A stretch of DNA of 64,000 nt from assembly GCA_951406725.2 (NCBI GenBank), contig OX597818.1, forward strand, positions 97,526,001 to 97,590,000. The letters run 5' to 3'. The position numbers and the translations under genes are program-made. The stretch comes from Octopus vulgaris (Eukaryota). Numbering within the stretch: position 1 is the stretch's first letter; each line of letters starts with the position of its first letter. The notes under the pieces are model-generated. The model saw nothing but the letters and a program-made list of their open reading frames with translations, had not been told where the DNA came from and did not search any database. This document shows positions 11,914 through 26,727 of this stretch, piece after piece.

Positions 11914-12562
11914 AGGTACCAACAGCAGCAATAACAACAATGAACTAGCGTGTGGTGGGACCATTATCCGGGTGCTTGACTTGCTAGAAATAGCAGCAGC
12001 TAAATCTCGATTGCCCACAACACCTCCACCTCTAAACAAACCAATTTGAGGTTCTCTCATTGTGGTCGCTAGAAATAGCAGCCAATTTTTTTAAAAGTCA
12101 CGCCCGACCGTTTTAGAAAAGGAGCAGGATACATTAAATAATGTAATTGTAGTAGATTTCTTCCTTCTTCTCGATCATTTGTTTAATGTGCTGGGTAAAC
12201 AATGAATCGGTTGTTTGTTTGTTTGTCGAAATCGTTTCGTTGCTTTCCGCGACCTTATCAATGACCTGCCCTCTCTCTTCCAAGGTCTGTCTTGAGTCTC
12301 AAGTGATATCGAACCAGTGTGTGTGTGTGTTCATTACTACTGGCGTAATGACCCTTCCAAGACACAACAAGATTTGTTTCAACACACGAATTCACATTTA
12401 GAGACTTGCAAAACAAATTACAAAAAGGAAGTAAGATATTTCTCTCAATTGCTGCATTGTGCTGTGATTGCTGTTGGGTAGACCAAGATCAGCTCTGATC
12501 CAGTAATCGTTGCAACACAGTTAGACAACGAAAGGACGAGGCAGGATTCATCATCCAATATA

Positions 12563-13197
12563 TTTGGGTTCCCAAACCACCGGACCCTGGATCATTTGGT
12601 GCGCGGTCACACAGAGAAAATAAAGATTTAAGTTTCATATCTATTTTACTCACTACGCAGTCTGTGTTTTTGCACTATAACTGTATTATATATGTAATAT
12701 GTATGTATAAAATTAAACTATATATAATAATATCATAATAATGAAATTATTGTATACAGTGCTCAGGTGCACCACAACTTGTCAAAAGTGCGTATAAAGC
12801 ATATGCAGTAATGTACAATTGTCTGGGAAGTGAACAGTGTATGAGTCAGATACATGCTTGTGTGTGTATGGAGGAGAGAAAAACCAGGCGTAGTGTTGGC
12901 GAATCTCAGGAAGCATGGAAGTTTTGAAGGATGCAGTGCTCCGACAACTAACAACTGATGCCGGCAGTTTGTTCCATACTTCAGCAACTCTTAGCGTGAA
13001 AAAAAAGTTTCCGAAAGGTGCTCAGAGTTATTGTTAGTAAGATAGTTAATAAGTTTATGGGTGTCTGCCAAGTCAGCAGCCAGACGTCGGCGTTTCAATG
13101 TATCCATGCCCATGCACTTTATTGGGTTTTGTTATGCGCGTGTTTTCCGGTCCGTAGAAAAAGTTGTCAGCAATACAAAAAAGTTGGGATCCGCTGC
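12563..13197. mobile_element. Charlie/MER1-like hAT MITE interrupted by a LINE tail
   Basis: 5' gggttcccaaaccaccggaccc; 3' ccggtccgtagaaaaagttgtc...aaaaagttgggatccgctg; TSD not clear. Confidence 0.55.
12735..13018 (-). pseudogene. CR1-group LINE 3' end
   Basis: Minus-strand FRKLFFTLRVAEVWNKLPASVVSCRSTASFKTSML* matches the CR1/L2 C-terminal FFxxRVxxxWNxLP motif, followed by 3' UTR. Confidence 0.8.
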
Positions 13198-14334
13198 AAT
13201 ACTAAGTTTTCTTATGACCATACTGTTTATTGTAACATCATTTCGAATGCAATATGATAGTCGTGAAATACTACATCATCTCCGTTGTTCAGTCTACATT
13301 TCTGGACAATAAAGATTCTGATGTAAACCACAGTAGAAGTAGACAAGTTTGACTACCATAGTAGCGTTCATTTGCACTTATTCTTACTGGTGTACATCAA
13401 AACATTGGAACTGTGAAGGTACTAATATCGCAGCTATTTCTTTGTGTTTCCTCTGTCTGTGTATTTAGGACGTTATTGTAGCAGTGTTCCGATGAGGCTG
13501 TATGTGCGTGTCTAGGCATTTGAAGGTACTTTTTCATGTGACAGGAACTGTGAAGCCTCGAAGCATTCTGCGGCAACAAGTGCATCTATCCCTAGCATGT
13601 GAAGGATCCTTAGAGCACCGGATGAAATGCTGTGCTGTATTTCTTCCGGCTCTTTCGTTCTGAATTCTAATCCCGCCAAGGTCAAACTTTGTCTTTCATC
13701 CTTTCGTGCTCGCTAAAATAAAGTACGAGTGAAGTCACTGGGTCGATGGTTCGACTAACACCCACTCCTCAAAATTTGCTGGCCTTCTGCCTATATTACA
13801 AAGCATTATGCACACCTTAGGGTGTTCAGCTCACGATCATAATGTCGTGAGTTCAATTCCTGGACGAGGCAGTACGTTGTGTCCTTGAGCAAGGCACTTA
13901 TTTTCACTTTGCTCCGGTCAACTTATCTGTAATGAGTACCAACCGAATGATGGTCCAGCCCTCTGGTCTTCTAGTTTTCCCACTCTGAGTACTCCGATGG
14001 GTGAATCGAGGGGGAATCTCTGTTCGCGACTAAGCAGGTGCTTAAAATAATTAGCGAAAGCCTCGTTTGCAGGTGCCGGCTGGCACTATATGTGTAGGTG
14101 GTCTGCAGGTGTGATCTGTGTGTAAATTGAAATGGTGTGAAGTGTGCGACTTTGTATATCTGTTTACCTTGCTGTATGTCCTGGGTTTGACTTTAAACTG
14201 CATCCGGTATCGGGGTCCTGGTTCCAGGATGTTGGGGAATGTGGAGCCACCTCAGCCAGTATTGCTTCTAGATATGGCTCTGATCCGGAGAAATAGCACT
14301 TGTCAGGATCTCAGCAATGAGTTAATTAGCATTT

Positions 14335-14527
14335 TCTTTTCTACTCTAGGCATAAAACCTGAAATTTTTGAGCAGGGGGGTCAGTCGATTAGATCGACCC
14401 CAGTACGCAACTGGTACTTAATTTATCGACCCCGAAAGGATGAAAGGCAAAGTCAATCTCGGCGGAATTTGAACTCAGAACGTAAAGAAAACCCGCCGTG
14501 CTAATATTTCTGCCAGCTCGCTGCCTT
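14335..14527 (-). mobile_element. SINE family B (B2 tail)
   Basis: Core and head similarity to other B copies. Confidence 0.85.
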
Positions 14528-15609
14528 TGGGTTAATTAGCATATTAGGGCTTGCCTACCTATGCATAAGAAGATTGGATCAGGTGGACTCTGCGGAAGAA
14601 ACATTCATGGTAGCAACACATTATGAAGAGCTGAAAGCAAGATGAAGCAAGTAAGAAATCTTGGTCGTCCATTGCATCCTTCTTCATTCCTAGTCATCTT
14701 GACTTTGTCTCACCACTGGACTGAAGATGGTCAAGGACAAGAGAGTGAGATTGACGGTGTGCAACTTTTCTTCACCTTAAACAAAGTCTTTGCACAAGTT
14801 ATCAGTTATCCTTAGAAGTCCTTCATCGTTCCAATCGATGAACATACCTTCGCTGTGAAGAGATTGGAGTCCCATCCAAGACTGGTTTAAAGTCCATGAT
14901 TAGTTCAGGACATATTATTTGCACAATTCAGATTCAGTATTCAGTTATTATACATTGCATAACAAACAACTTTAAAAGCACACAGATATGACGACAACAA
15001 TTAGAAAATTAAAAGCATTCTAATAATTCACTTTCGTGAGAACTCATATTAACATAATAGCTTAACTTCGTTAACATAACAACGGCAGAAGCAAGAACAA
15101 TAGTAACAACAACAACAGCAGCAGCAGCAACAACAACTACTACTATTAACGTATCACGTATCTTTTTTCTGGAGAAGAATGATGGGATGGTCATAGCTGG
15201 TACACTTTTGATTTTAGCTCTGAAATTTAGCCTTTCCATAAGCAGTTAAAAAAGGGATTTTTTTTTTGTAACAAAAACCAAATATGGCATGAACAAGGAT
15301 CGAACGGTGACAGTTCATGTTACAACACTTATAACATGTTCACTAACATAACAATATTGAACTCAGAACCACATAGTTTCGAAGAGAACTGCTTAACCAC
15401 ACAGCCATGTTTGCAGCCATAATTACTGAGTTTTGCAAGGAAAGAATAGAAATCTTGATGTTCCTTGAGTGAAGCATTATCGTTATATATATATAGGGAG
15501 AATTCACAACCCCCCACCCCCCCAAAAAAAAACAAAAGACGAAGACAGGTGGTGTAGAAAACAGATAGTGTAGAAAACAGGTGGTTATATATATATATAT
15601 ATATATGAA

Positions 15610-15720
15610 ACTTTTAGGTGTTTTCGCTCAATAAACACACATAACGCCCGGTCTGGGAATCGAAACCGCGATCCTCCGACCTGAGTTCGCTGCCCTAACC
15701 ACTGGTCCATTGCGCTTCCA
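15610..15720 (-). mobile_element. SINE family C head
   Basis: Reverse complement of 6121-6230. Confidence 0.85.
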
Positions 15721-15750
15721 CAATACACCTCACCCACACACACACACACA

Positions 15751-15789
<39 letters not shown>

Positions 15790-15804
15790 ATTCATATATA
15801 TATA

Positions 15805-15945
15805 TTAGGTTGTCCCAAAAGTTCGTAAACACTTGCGAAAATTGAATTTTTACTCGCCAAGTACTAACAAAAACAACAAAAGTTATTCCTTAAAATAAAG
15901 ACCATTATTTTCCAAGAGTTTCTACGAACTTTTGGGACAACCTTA
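15805..15945. mobile_element. Mariner-type MITE (~140 bp)
   Basis: TIRs aggttgtcccaaaagttcgta / tacgaacttttgggacaacct; TA flanks. Confidence 0.9.
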
Positions 15946-15949
15946 TATT

Positions 15950-16170
15950 TATGTGTGTTTTTGTGTCTGTGTTTGTCCCCCCACCATCGCTTGACGAGCG
16001 ATGTTGGTGTGGTTACGTCCTCGTAACTTAGCGTTTCGGCAAAAAAGACTAGTAGAATAAGTACTAGGCTTACAAAGAATAAGTCCTGGGGCGATTTCTT
16101 CAACTAAAACCCTTTAGGGCGGTATACCAGCATGGCCGCAGTCAAATGACTGAAACATGTAAAAGAATAA
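15950..16170 (+). mobile_element. SINE family A 3' half
   Basis: Similarity to other A copies. Confidence 0.85.
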
Positions 16171-16550
16171 ATAAATAATAAATAAATAAATAAATTAAAT
16201 TTTGGGCACCATCCCCTCATTCTTTCATGATCGTAATTCGTGTACGAAACGGATACAAAAAAAAGAGAAAGAAAGAAAGAATATCCCCCTCCATGCAGTT
16301 CCGTCTTAGTAGCATTATATGCCCCTAGCCAAATCAATGCCCTGGGCCTCTATAACATTTACTTATTGATTACAAACCGCAGCGTACATAGATCAGAATT
16401 TGGCCCCTAAACCTGCGAGGTCTCCGGCCAAGTGTACTCATGCCTTAAGATGGCATCGTTTCCCCTAATTCCTTGTCCTTTCATATTAATTACTCTATAG
16501 CTCAACCGATTAGCCGACTGGGAATATGACAGACCGTTGTGTTCAGAGAC

Positions 16551-16650
16551 TCCGGACAACGATGTGAGATGATCAAAAGAGTGACCAGATGAACTGAAAT
16601 CCGGACAACGATGTGAGATGATCAATAGAGTGACCAGATGAACTGAAATC
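16551..16650 (+). repeat. 49-bp tandem duplication
   Basis: tccggacaacgatgtgagatgatcaa(a/t)agagtgaccagatgaactgaaa x2. Confidence 0.95.
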
Positions 16651-17054
16651 AGAGTAGCATTATTATACGGAGTTCAACTCATTTCCAGTAAAGAGCATTT
16701 GGACATTTCTTTTCGTTAACAACATATTGATTTCACAACTTCTAACGGTGACCTTTACCTTACATGCTTCTCCTTAAGACAGGCACACATAAATGTCTTT
16801 TTATTTATTCATGACTACAGTACAACACCCGAAACAAGATATAAGAATCGCACACCCTTTTAGTTAGTTGTTTAACTTCCTACCAACTGTCTGCCCTCCG
16901 ACTGATTATTTTCTTAAAGAGTTATCAACAAGTAGTTAAGATTTTAGTAGTTCAACGTGACCTCGAAGTCGCAGCAACGAACTGGTTCAAATAATTAAGA
17001 AACATAAATATATATATAACGAAATACATAAAACGAAATCAGGAAAATCAACAG

Positions 17055-17125
<71 letters not shown>

Positions 17126-17314
17126 TTAGAGACAAAACCACTATTAGGCAAATCAAACAATGAAAAACGTAAGCCAATACATAAGATTATTTAATTTATA
17201 TTATTTAAATATATAACAAAATTATTTAAAAAATATAATTAATATCACACTAATTTAATTCAATCCTAAATCTGATTTTTCCCTGTAAGTTTGGATTTAT
17301 TCCCTAATATTTAT

Positions 17315-17357
<43 letters not shown>

Positions 17358-17359
<2 letters not shown>

Positions 17360-17507
17360 CGCAGGAGTGGCTTCCCAACCTCATAATTCCGGGTTCCGGG
17401 TTCCGTCCCACTGCTTGGCACTTTGGGAAAGTGTCTTCTACCATAGCCTCGGGCTGACCAAAGTCTTGTGAAAAAATTTGGTTGACGGAAACTGAAAGAA
17501 GCCCGCC

Positions 17508-17555
<48 letters not shown>

Positions 17556-17765
17556 ATGTATATATTTGTGTGTCTGTGTTTGTCCCCCACCATCGATTGA
17601 CAACCGATGTTGGTGTGTTTACGTCCTCGTAACTTAGCAGTTCGGCAAAAGAGCCGACAGAATAAGTACTAGGCTTACAAAGAATAAGTCCAGTGGTCGA
17701 TTTGTTCGACTAAAGGCGGTGCTCCAGCATAGCCGCAGTCAAATGACTGAAACAAGTAAAAGAAT
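17358..17765 (+). mobile_element. SINE family A, near full length
   Basis: Head ggcgcaggagtggct with small deletion, central (TA)n, tail aagtaaaaga. Confidence 0.9.
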
Positions 17766-17780
17766 ATCTATCTATCTATC

Positions 17781-17858
<78 letters not shown>

Positions 17859-18219
17859 AAACACATACACACACCCGCACTCACACATACATGTACATGA
17901 GTACTTATGTATGTATATATGCGCGCACGCGCGTGTTTCAGGATTAACTTCCTAGTTCAAATGCCGCCAAGATTGACTTTTCAGGGTCGATAAAATAAGC
18001 ACCAGTTGTTGACTAGGATCAATCTAGTCGATTTAACTACTCACCTCAAAATTGCTGGTCTTGTGCCAAAATTAGAATATATAGTTTATGTATATGTGTG
18101 TATATGTGTGTGTGTGTGTGGGTGTGTACACAAATACGGACACACATACACACACACACTTCAACTTCATTCAATTTTAGATACTTTAAAAGGCGAACGA
18201 AAACTTAGCTAAATTAAAG

Positions 18220-18411
18220 TACTCTTTACCTGTTTCAGTCATTTGACTGCGGCCATGCTGGAGCAACGCCTCTATTCGAGCAAATCGACCCCAGGACTTA
18301 TTCTTTGTAAGCCTAGCACTTATTCTACCGGTCACTTTGCCGAACCGCTAAGTTACGGGGACGTAAACACACCACCATCAGTTCTCAAGCGATGTTGGGG
18401 GGACAAACACA

Positions 18412-18479
<68 letters not shown>

Positions 18480-18657
18480 CATACATATATATACGACAGG
18501 CTTCTTTCAGTTTCCGTCTACCAAATCCACTCACAAGGCTTTGGCCGGCCCGAGACTATAGTAGAAGACACTTGCCCAAGGTGCCACGCAGTGGGACTGA
18601 ACCCGGAACCATGCGGTTTGTAAGCAAGCTACTTACCACACAGCTACTCCTGCGCCT
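18220..18657 (-). mobile_element. SINE family A, full length
   Basis: Complete head, central (CA)n/(TA)n, tail. Confidence 0.9.
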
Positions 18658-18965
18658 ATGTACAACGACGTCTTTTCATCCGAAGCCAGTCGTAAATCTG
18701 AAATCATGCCACGCGCAGAGGGAAATGATATGTAACACAAGTCTAGGGTGCCGAGTCACTCCGGTTGAAAAAACACTGAAACTAACAAAAGTTACACATA
18801 CACAAACAAACACACGTACATAAACACATATCGCGCACACATGTACACACTTTTCTCAGAGATCAACAGCTGTTTATGAATGTGTGTGTGTGTGTGTGTC
18901 GAGGATCTTGTGTTTGTGTATGTGTACGCGCGCCTGTATGTATGTGTAGAGGTATGAGTTGATAT

Positions 18966-19196
18966 ACTCTTTACTCTCTACTCTTCACTCTTTTACTTGT
19001 TTCAGTCATTTGACTGCGGCCATGCTGGAGCACCGCCTTTTGGTCGAGCAAATCGACCCCGGGACTTATTCTTTGTAAGCCCAGTACTTATTCCATCGGT
19101 CTCTTTTTTCCGAACCGCTAAGTGACGGGGACGTAAACACACCAGCATCGGTTGTCAAGCAATGCTAGGGGGACAAACACAGACACACAAACACAT

Positions 19197-19227
<31 letters not shown>

Positions 19228-19416
19228 AATATATACGACAGGCTTCTTTCAGTTTCCGTCAACCAAATCCACTCACAAGGCTTTGGTCGGCCTGAGGCTA
19301 TAGTGGAAGACACTTGTCCAAGGTGCCACACAGTGGGAATGAACCCGGAACCATGTGGTTGGTTAGCAAGCTACTTACCACACAGCCACTCCTGCGCCTA
19401 TAGCCACTCCTGCGCC
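18966..19416 (-). mobile_element. SINE family A, full length with 15-bp duplicated 5' end
   Basis: agccactcctgcgcc at 19384-19398 and 19402-19416. Confidence 0.9.
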
Positions 19417-19462
<46 letters not shown>

Positions 19463-19831
19463 ATTTTTGTTAATATTTAGCAGAAGCAACAGAGTGGCTC
19501 AAGGTCCGACAGTTTCGTACGTTGGCACTTGCTATGTATGTATGTATGTATGTATGTATGTATGTATGTATGTGTGTATGTGTGTATGTATGTATGTATG
19601 TATGTGTGTGTGTATGTATGTATGTATGTGTGTATGTATGTATGTATGCATGTATGTATGTATGTGTGTATGCATGTGTGTATGTATGCATGTATGTGTA
19701 TATGTGTGCATGCACGCACGGATAGACAAGACAGACGAGTCGATTTGTTCGACTAAACACTCGAAGGTATTGCCCTCCCATAACCGCAACCTAATGACTG
19801 AAAATTAAAGGATAAAAGCTCTCTCGCTCTC

Positions 19832-19874
<43 letters not shown>

Positions 19875-20113
19875 TTAAAATGAGGGCGAGAAATTAGATA
19901 TTAATTTGATTAACATCAACTTCACACCAGTGGTCTAGCATATAAAAATCGGAAGGTTCAGTAAACTGCATTATATACATATGAGAGGGATGACTCTATG
20001 TGGACAACTCTTATGCTAGAAGTAGATCCGCTATGGTCTTTCCACTTAGAAATGTTCTCAAGAAAAATTTAGTAAACACCAGAACGTAAGCTTACGTTCA
20101 CATAAATATAAAC

Positions 20114-20440
<327 letters not shown>

Positions 20441-20457
20441 TTATCTATTTATCTATC

Positions 20458-20506
<49 letters not shown>

Positions 20507-21670
20507 TATATATATACATACATATACATATATATATACAAATGTCAGAATGTATGTATATATGGTATATAGAATATTATCGAACTATAAGTAACTTACC
20601 TCTCGATACGGTAAAACATTAGAGTCCTCAAGCGCATTTAATATACTCCGTTATTCCGATCCTGTTTCGTCGTTACTCAACTTCTCAATTTTGTTGACGT
20701 TTTAGTTTGACTATATATATGTATCTATCAATTTGTTGTCGATGTTATTTTTTTTTTTTACAATGACTATTATGAATTGTTTAGCCCCAGGTCAGACCTG
20801 GTTGATCTGAGCCTTAGTCTCTTAATTGTGTTATGTCTGTTGTAGTCGACGTCGTTGAAGGTTTTAATTTATATTTTGAAACTGAAGTTTTTTCTGATTT
20901 GGAAAAAAAGTTTCTAAATCTAATGCGAGTGTGTAAATGCGTGCCTGCGTGCTTTGTGAATATTTGCGAATATTCGAGTATGTATATTATTGTGTACAAG
21001 TATAAACAACAAAATAATTGTTATACAAGTGGTATGAGTGCGCGCACGCGCGCGTGTATGTGTCTATGTGTGCGTGTGCGTGTGTGTGAGACGAGTCAGG
21101 GTGAGAGTGGACTCACAAACGAACGTCATTTATTTTGTACATCTGCGAACACATTTGTCCCGATGTAAAGAGTGTATTTTAAGTAGATGTTGCGATTTCA
21201 TGTTCGTGTACAATTGCCACAGCGTTGCGATTCTTTTTTTTTTATCCTTCTATGTGTTTACTTAAAACTTGTGTGTGTTTGGAGACAACGAGAGAAAGAT
21301 AGATTAGACTTTCGTTATAATGGTGTTTGTGAACAGTAAAACGACATGATAAGCGCAGAAGTAGAAAACTTAGAGGCAATGTATCCAACTAACTTTAAAA
21401 AGTCGTCTAATCCACGTCAAATTACAACTATCTCTCTCACTCTCTTTCACACATTCTCTATTTGATTTTCTTACCCTCTCTAGCTCGCCCCCACACATTA
21501 TCTGCATCTGTTTATATATCTCTCTGTCACCCTCTCTCTCTCACTGACTTCATATCTTTTGCTCCTCACACCACTTTCATGGTCATTCATTTTTACTACA
21601 CAACCCTGTTTTCTATTTGTTTCTATTTCACTTTTTATGTCCCTCCTAGTGAGTTTTTTCTGGCTTTCTG

Positions 21671-21754
<84 letters not shown>

Positions 21755-21755
<1 letters not shown>

Positions 21756-21820
21756 CTCCCCAAAAAGAACAGGTCTACTTGTCCCATCTGTGTCCAGCCC
21801 TGTGTGGCTAATAAAGAAAC
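21755..21820 (+). mobile_element. Short 3' fragment of the (TATC)n-inserted retroelement
   Basis: ctacttgtcccatctgtgtccagccctgtgtggctaataaagaaac flanked on both sides by (TATC)n. Confidence 0.7.
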
Positions 21821-21864
21821 ATATCTATCTATCCACCTACTTACCTACCTACCTACCTACCTAC

Positions 21865-21944
<80 letters not shown>

Positions 21945-21966
21945 ACTTACCTACCTACCTACCTAC

Positions 21967-22033
<67 letters not shown>

Positions 22034-22543
22034 CCTACCTACCTACCTACCTATCTATCTATCTATCTATCTACACACACACACACACATGCGCGACGTC
22101 TTGCAGTCTCGTAATCAATACAAGCAACAATAAATAGACAATCGTGAGAGTTGAAAGAGAGAGAAAGAAAGAGAGACAGAAAGAGAGACAGAAAGAGAGA
22201 AACAGAGAATGCGCAAGAAAAAGAAAGCGGCAGTGTGTATATGCGTGTGCAATGTGTTTATGTATGTGCGCGCGCACTGCAGTGTATTAGCGTGAAGTTG
22301 TGGTCATGTGTATGTGTATGAGACAGACAAACACACACACACACACACATATGCACAGAGAAGACGCTAATATTTTTTTGTGTCCGATACTCAAGAGTTG
22401 CTGGGTCGTGCACATTTTTACCGAACCGCAAATCACGCAAGACCGAGTGGAGTAACAGGAATTTCAGCTACTTTACAAATAAAATAATTATACTCAACAA
22501 ATTATGTGAAGTACATTTTCTCTCCTTGAAAGACACACGCACA

Positions 22544-22584
<41 letters not shown>

Positions 22585-22817
22585 ACATATAATGTTTTTG
22601 TTTGTGTTTTCGTTTCTGCGTTCAACGTTTTTTTTTTTGATGTCCTGTACCCATATATGCATGTATATATACATATATATGTAGGTATGTACATATATGC
22701 ATGTATATATGCATATATTCATATATTATTTATGTTATATACCTACATTTATGTATCTACGTTACATACTTTTATACATATGTTTATTTATACATACATA
22801 TATAGATAAATATACAC

Positions 22818-22889
<72 letters not shown>

Positions 22890-23030
22890 CTTTCTTTATT
22901 AGCCACACAGGGCTGAACACAGAGGTGACAAATACAAATGTAGAGCTTTTATTTTCGAAGATGGAAAAAGAATAAGGAAAAAAAATAGGAAACAAATGTA
23001 AAATTCCGATCAAAAGGGATCTGAAAAAAA
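22890..23030 (-). mobile_element. 3' fragment of the (TATC)n-inserted retroelement
   Basis: ctttctttattagccacacagggctgaacacagaggtgacaa flanked by (GATA)n. Confidence 0.7.
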
Positions 23031-23359
23031 AAGATAGATAGATAGATAGAGAGAGATATAGATAGATAGGGAGAGAGGGAAAAAAGAAAACAGAGGGAGA
23101 GAGGTACAGAGGCTATTAAGAGACAGAAACGAAGGAATGATAGAGTATAAGTGGGGTGCATGAGTGACATACTTGGCATGAAATACTTGTCTTATGCTTG
23201 TCTCATGCGGGTATAAACATACGCCAAATCATTAACCACGTCAGTCATTCCTGTTACACGGCGGCCCGCTTATGCCATGCCGCTTCCCCACGATGTCTAT
23301 CTGACACTTGTTGCTGATCTGTTTTCAGACCATGTGTGTGGAGTAGTCTTTTATCATCG

Positions 23360-23565
23360 TTTGCTTCAGTCATTGGATTGCGCCCATTCTGGGGAAACCG
23401 TCTTGAAAGTTTATAGTCGAACAGATCGATACCTAGTACTTAGCTTTTAAAACTTTGGTACTTTATTGTTGATTTTTTTCGCCGAACCGCTAAGTTACCG
23501 CGACGTAGATAAGCCGATAAAGTGGGTGGCACACACACACACGCACATAAATACAAATATGCATG

Positions 23566-23613
<48 letters not shown>

Positions 23614-23790
23614 TGCTACCAACTTTGTTGCCTCACACTTTCCAGAAATTTGGATATTTTTGTATGAAATTTTTACGGCCCGAGTGGCGGGGAGCCATAG
23701 TTGAAGACACTTGCCCATGACGCCGCGCACTGGGATTGAACACGAAAGTACTTGGTTACAAAGCGAGCTTCTTAACCACACAGCCATGCT
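23360..23790 (-). mobile_element. Old, diverged SINE family A copy
   Basis: Collinear motifs gccgaaccgctaagttac, gaagacacttgccca, cacacagcca. Confidence 0.75.
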
Positions 23791-24289
23791 TGAGCTTATG
23801 TGTAGAGATTTGTTTTATGGCTAATCCTTGACTAGAACAATAAAAACGAATGAACTTTACATCGTCAACATCATCTCCCTCCGTCATCCATTCTGTTCCT
23901 ACTTCTTTTTACGGTGTCATCTCTTATTAAGTTCCCCTTTATATCTTTTCCATCTTTACTTAAGCGTTCCCTATTTCACTCTCCCACCTTCTCTTCCTAT
24001 CTGTCTGTTTCCACTTCTCTCAAATTTCTTACATACCCCTCCAATTTTCTTTCTTTTTCCCTTTTTAATCTCTTACCTTTTATCCCCCTGCTCCGTTTTC
24101 TTGCCCCCTTCTCTTTCTCCTCTCCTTTTTCTTTGATACTTTTCTAGCCTTTCTTCTCTTCTCCCATTATGAACATCTCTTTCTTTTCCTGTTTCACTCT
24201 TTCTCCACATCTCAAATTCACTATCTTTAGCTATGTGGTTTTCTTCCTTCTCCATTTCTCTTCCTGCCCTCCTACACTGACCTTTGTTT

Positions 24290-24640
<351 letters not shown>

Positions 24641-25053
24641 ACTCTTCATCTACCCCACCTCCCAAATTCTCTATGAACCATTACCTCTTCATGTTTCTCT
24701 TCCTGATCACTTTTTTTGTTCACTACTCTCTTCTCTTCCTCTCTGTCTCTTTCTCCGCCTCACTCTGTCTGTCTGTCTATCTGTCTCCCTCTCTCTCTCT
24801 CTCACACACACGCACAAACATACTCTCCCCACCTCTCTCTGCTCTCTAACTCGCAACTTATTTCTCCTTCTATTCGGTTACGCTTTCACTCTCTCTTCCT
24901 CTCAGCTGTTCATAAACGTGCCCCTCTCTTCATTCTCTTCAGTCTTTCTACTTTCTCACGTTTTTCACTCAACTGTCAATCTCTCTTTCAATCTTCTGTT
25001 TCTTTAATAACTTTCTGGAATAACAGAGACAACTTCAAGCTTCCCCTCTCACA

Positions 25054-25099
<46 letters not shown>

Positions 25100-25317
25100 A
25101 CACACGCGCGCACACACACCACACACCTCATATCTTCACACCACTGTTAGATACTCTCCCCCTCTACATTTTTATTCTCCTCCCTACACTCCCTCTCTCA
25201 CGCCTTCTTTCTTTCTTTCTTTCTTTCCTTCTCTTTTCACTGTCTCTTTTTTTATTTTTTTACAACACTTTTACCCATCACAATTATCGCCATGGTCTGC
25301 AATACATTACCAATTAT

Positions 25318-25357
25318 TTGTAGTAGTAGTAGAAGTAGTAGTAGTAGTAGTATTAGT

Positions 25358-25393
<36 letters not shown>

Positions 25394-25794
25394 CAGTGAT
25401 GTTGGTAGTAGCAGTTGTACTAGTGTTGGGGATGGTGGTAGCGGTGGCTGTTTTGGTGTTGGTAGTACTAGTACTGGTGGTAATAGAAGTACTGGTGGCA
25501 GTAGTAGTAGTAGTCGTAGTAGTAGTAGTAGTGGCAGTGGTGTTGGTGTTAGCAGTTATACTAGTGTTGGAGATGGTGGTAGCGGCGGTTGTTTTGGTGG
25601 TAGTAGTACTAGTACTGGTGGTAATAGAAGTACTGGTGGCAGTAGTAGTTGTAGTAGTAGTAGTAGTGGCAGTGGTGTTGGTGGTAGCAGTTATACTAGT
25701 GTTGGAGATGGTGGTAGCGGCGGCTGTTTTGGTGGTAGTAGTACTAGTACTGGTGACAGTAGTGGTAGTAGTGGTAGTAGTAGTAGTAGTAGTA
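25318..25794 (+). repeat. (GTA/GTG)n-derived minisatellite with three ~135-140-bp higher-order units
   Basis: gtggcagtg(a/g)tgttggt...ctagtgttgg(g/a)gatggtggtagcgg recurs three times. Confidence 0.9.
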
Positions 25795-26471
25795 TACTTT
25801 TTTTTGTTTTTATGTACTTGTCTTTGTTAAGTGTTATGACTGACCTATTTGAATTTCAAAAACAAAAAAGAAACTAGATGGAAGCGAGGTGGGTGGATGA
25901 AGAGTGATAAAGCAAATTTGCATATTTGAGTGTGTATGTGTGCGTGTATGCATACGTGTGTACGCGCATGTGTACGCGTGCGCATGTGTAAGGGGGCGGA
26001 GGTGACAGAGAGATATGAAAGAGAGAGGGGGGATAGAGAGAGGTAGGGAGAGATTGACGTCGAATTGGATAAAGAAAATATAAATAGACAAGGGAAGAGA
26101 TAAATTTGAAAAGAATATAAAATAATTTGTAAAAAAAAATAACAAAACTATTTGAAAAGAGCCATAAATTTATGTACGCATGTGTGCACCTACATACATG
26201 TACATACACGCACATACACTCATACATACACATAAAGAAGGTAGATAGATAATGAGATAAGGTAGATGGGTAGATTGATAGATGGATGAGTAGATAGACA
26301 GACAGACAGATAGATGAAATAGTTTTTTTTTTCTAAGTTTTGGTACAAGGCCTGTAGTTTTAAGGAGATGTGGAAGTCGATTACATCGACCCCAGTGTTC
26401 AATTGGTAATTGTTTTATTGACCCTAAAAGGATGAATGGTAAAGTCTACCAAGCGGTATTTGAAGTCAGAA

Positions 26472-26702
26472 GGTGGCGAGCCGGCAGAAACGTTAGCACG
26501 CCGGGCGAAATGTTTAGCGGTATTTTGTCTGTCTTTACGTTGTGAGTTCAAATTCCGCCGAGGTCGACTTTGCCTTTCATCCTTTCGGGGTCGATTAAAT
26601 AAGTACCAGTTACGCACTGGGGTCGATATAATCGACTTAATACCAATGTCTGTCCTTGTTTGTCCCTTCTATGTTTAGCCCCTTGTGGGTAATAAAGAAT
26701 TA
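26472..26702 (+). mobile_element. SINE family B (B1 tail), full length with 17-bp TSD
   Basis: TSD ggtatttgaagtcagaa at 26455-26471 and 26703-26719. Confidence 0.92.
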
Positions 26703-26727
26703 GGTATTTGAAGTCAGAACGTAAAAG

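Noticed and set aside
12190-12420. Unique island with TGACC(T) nuclear-receptor-like half sites
   Set aside because: Short motifs expected by chance; no way to test function from sequence alone.
16295-16420. FRL-VALYAP resembling an L1/Tx1 endonuclease motif
   Set aside because: Needs a frameshift and has no supporting neighbouring motifs.
20595-20700. Minus-strand GGTAAGT donor with upstream unique sequence
   Set aside because: All frames closed and no convincing acceptor.
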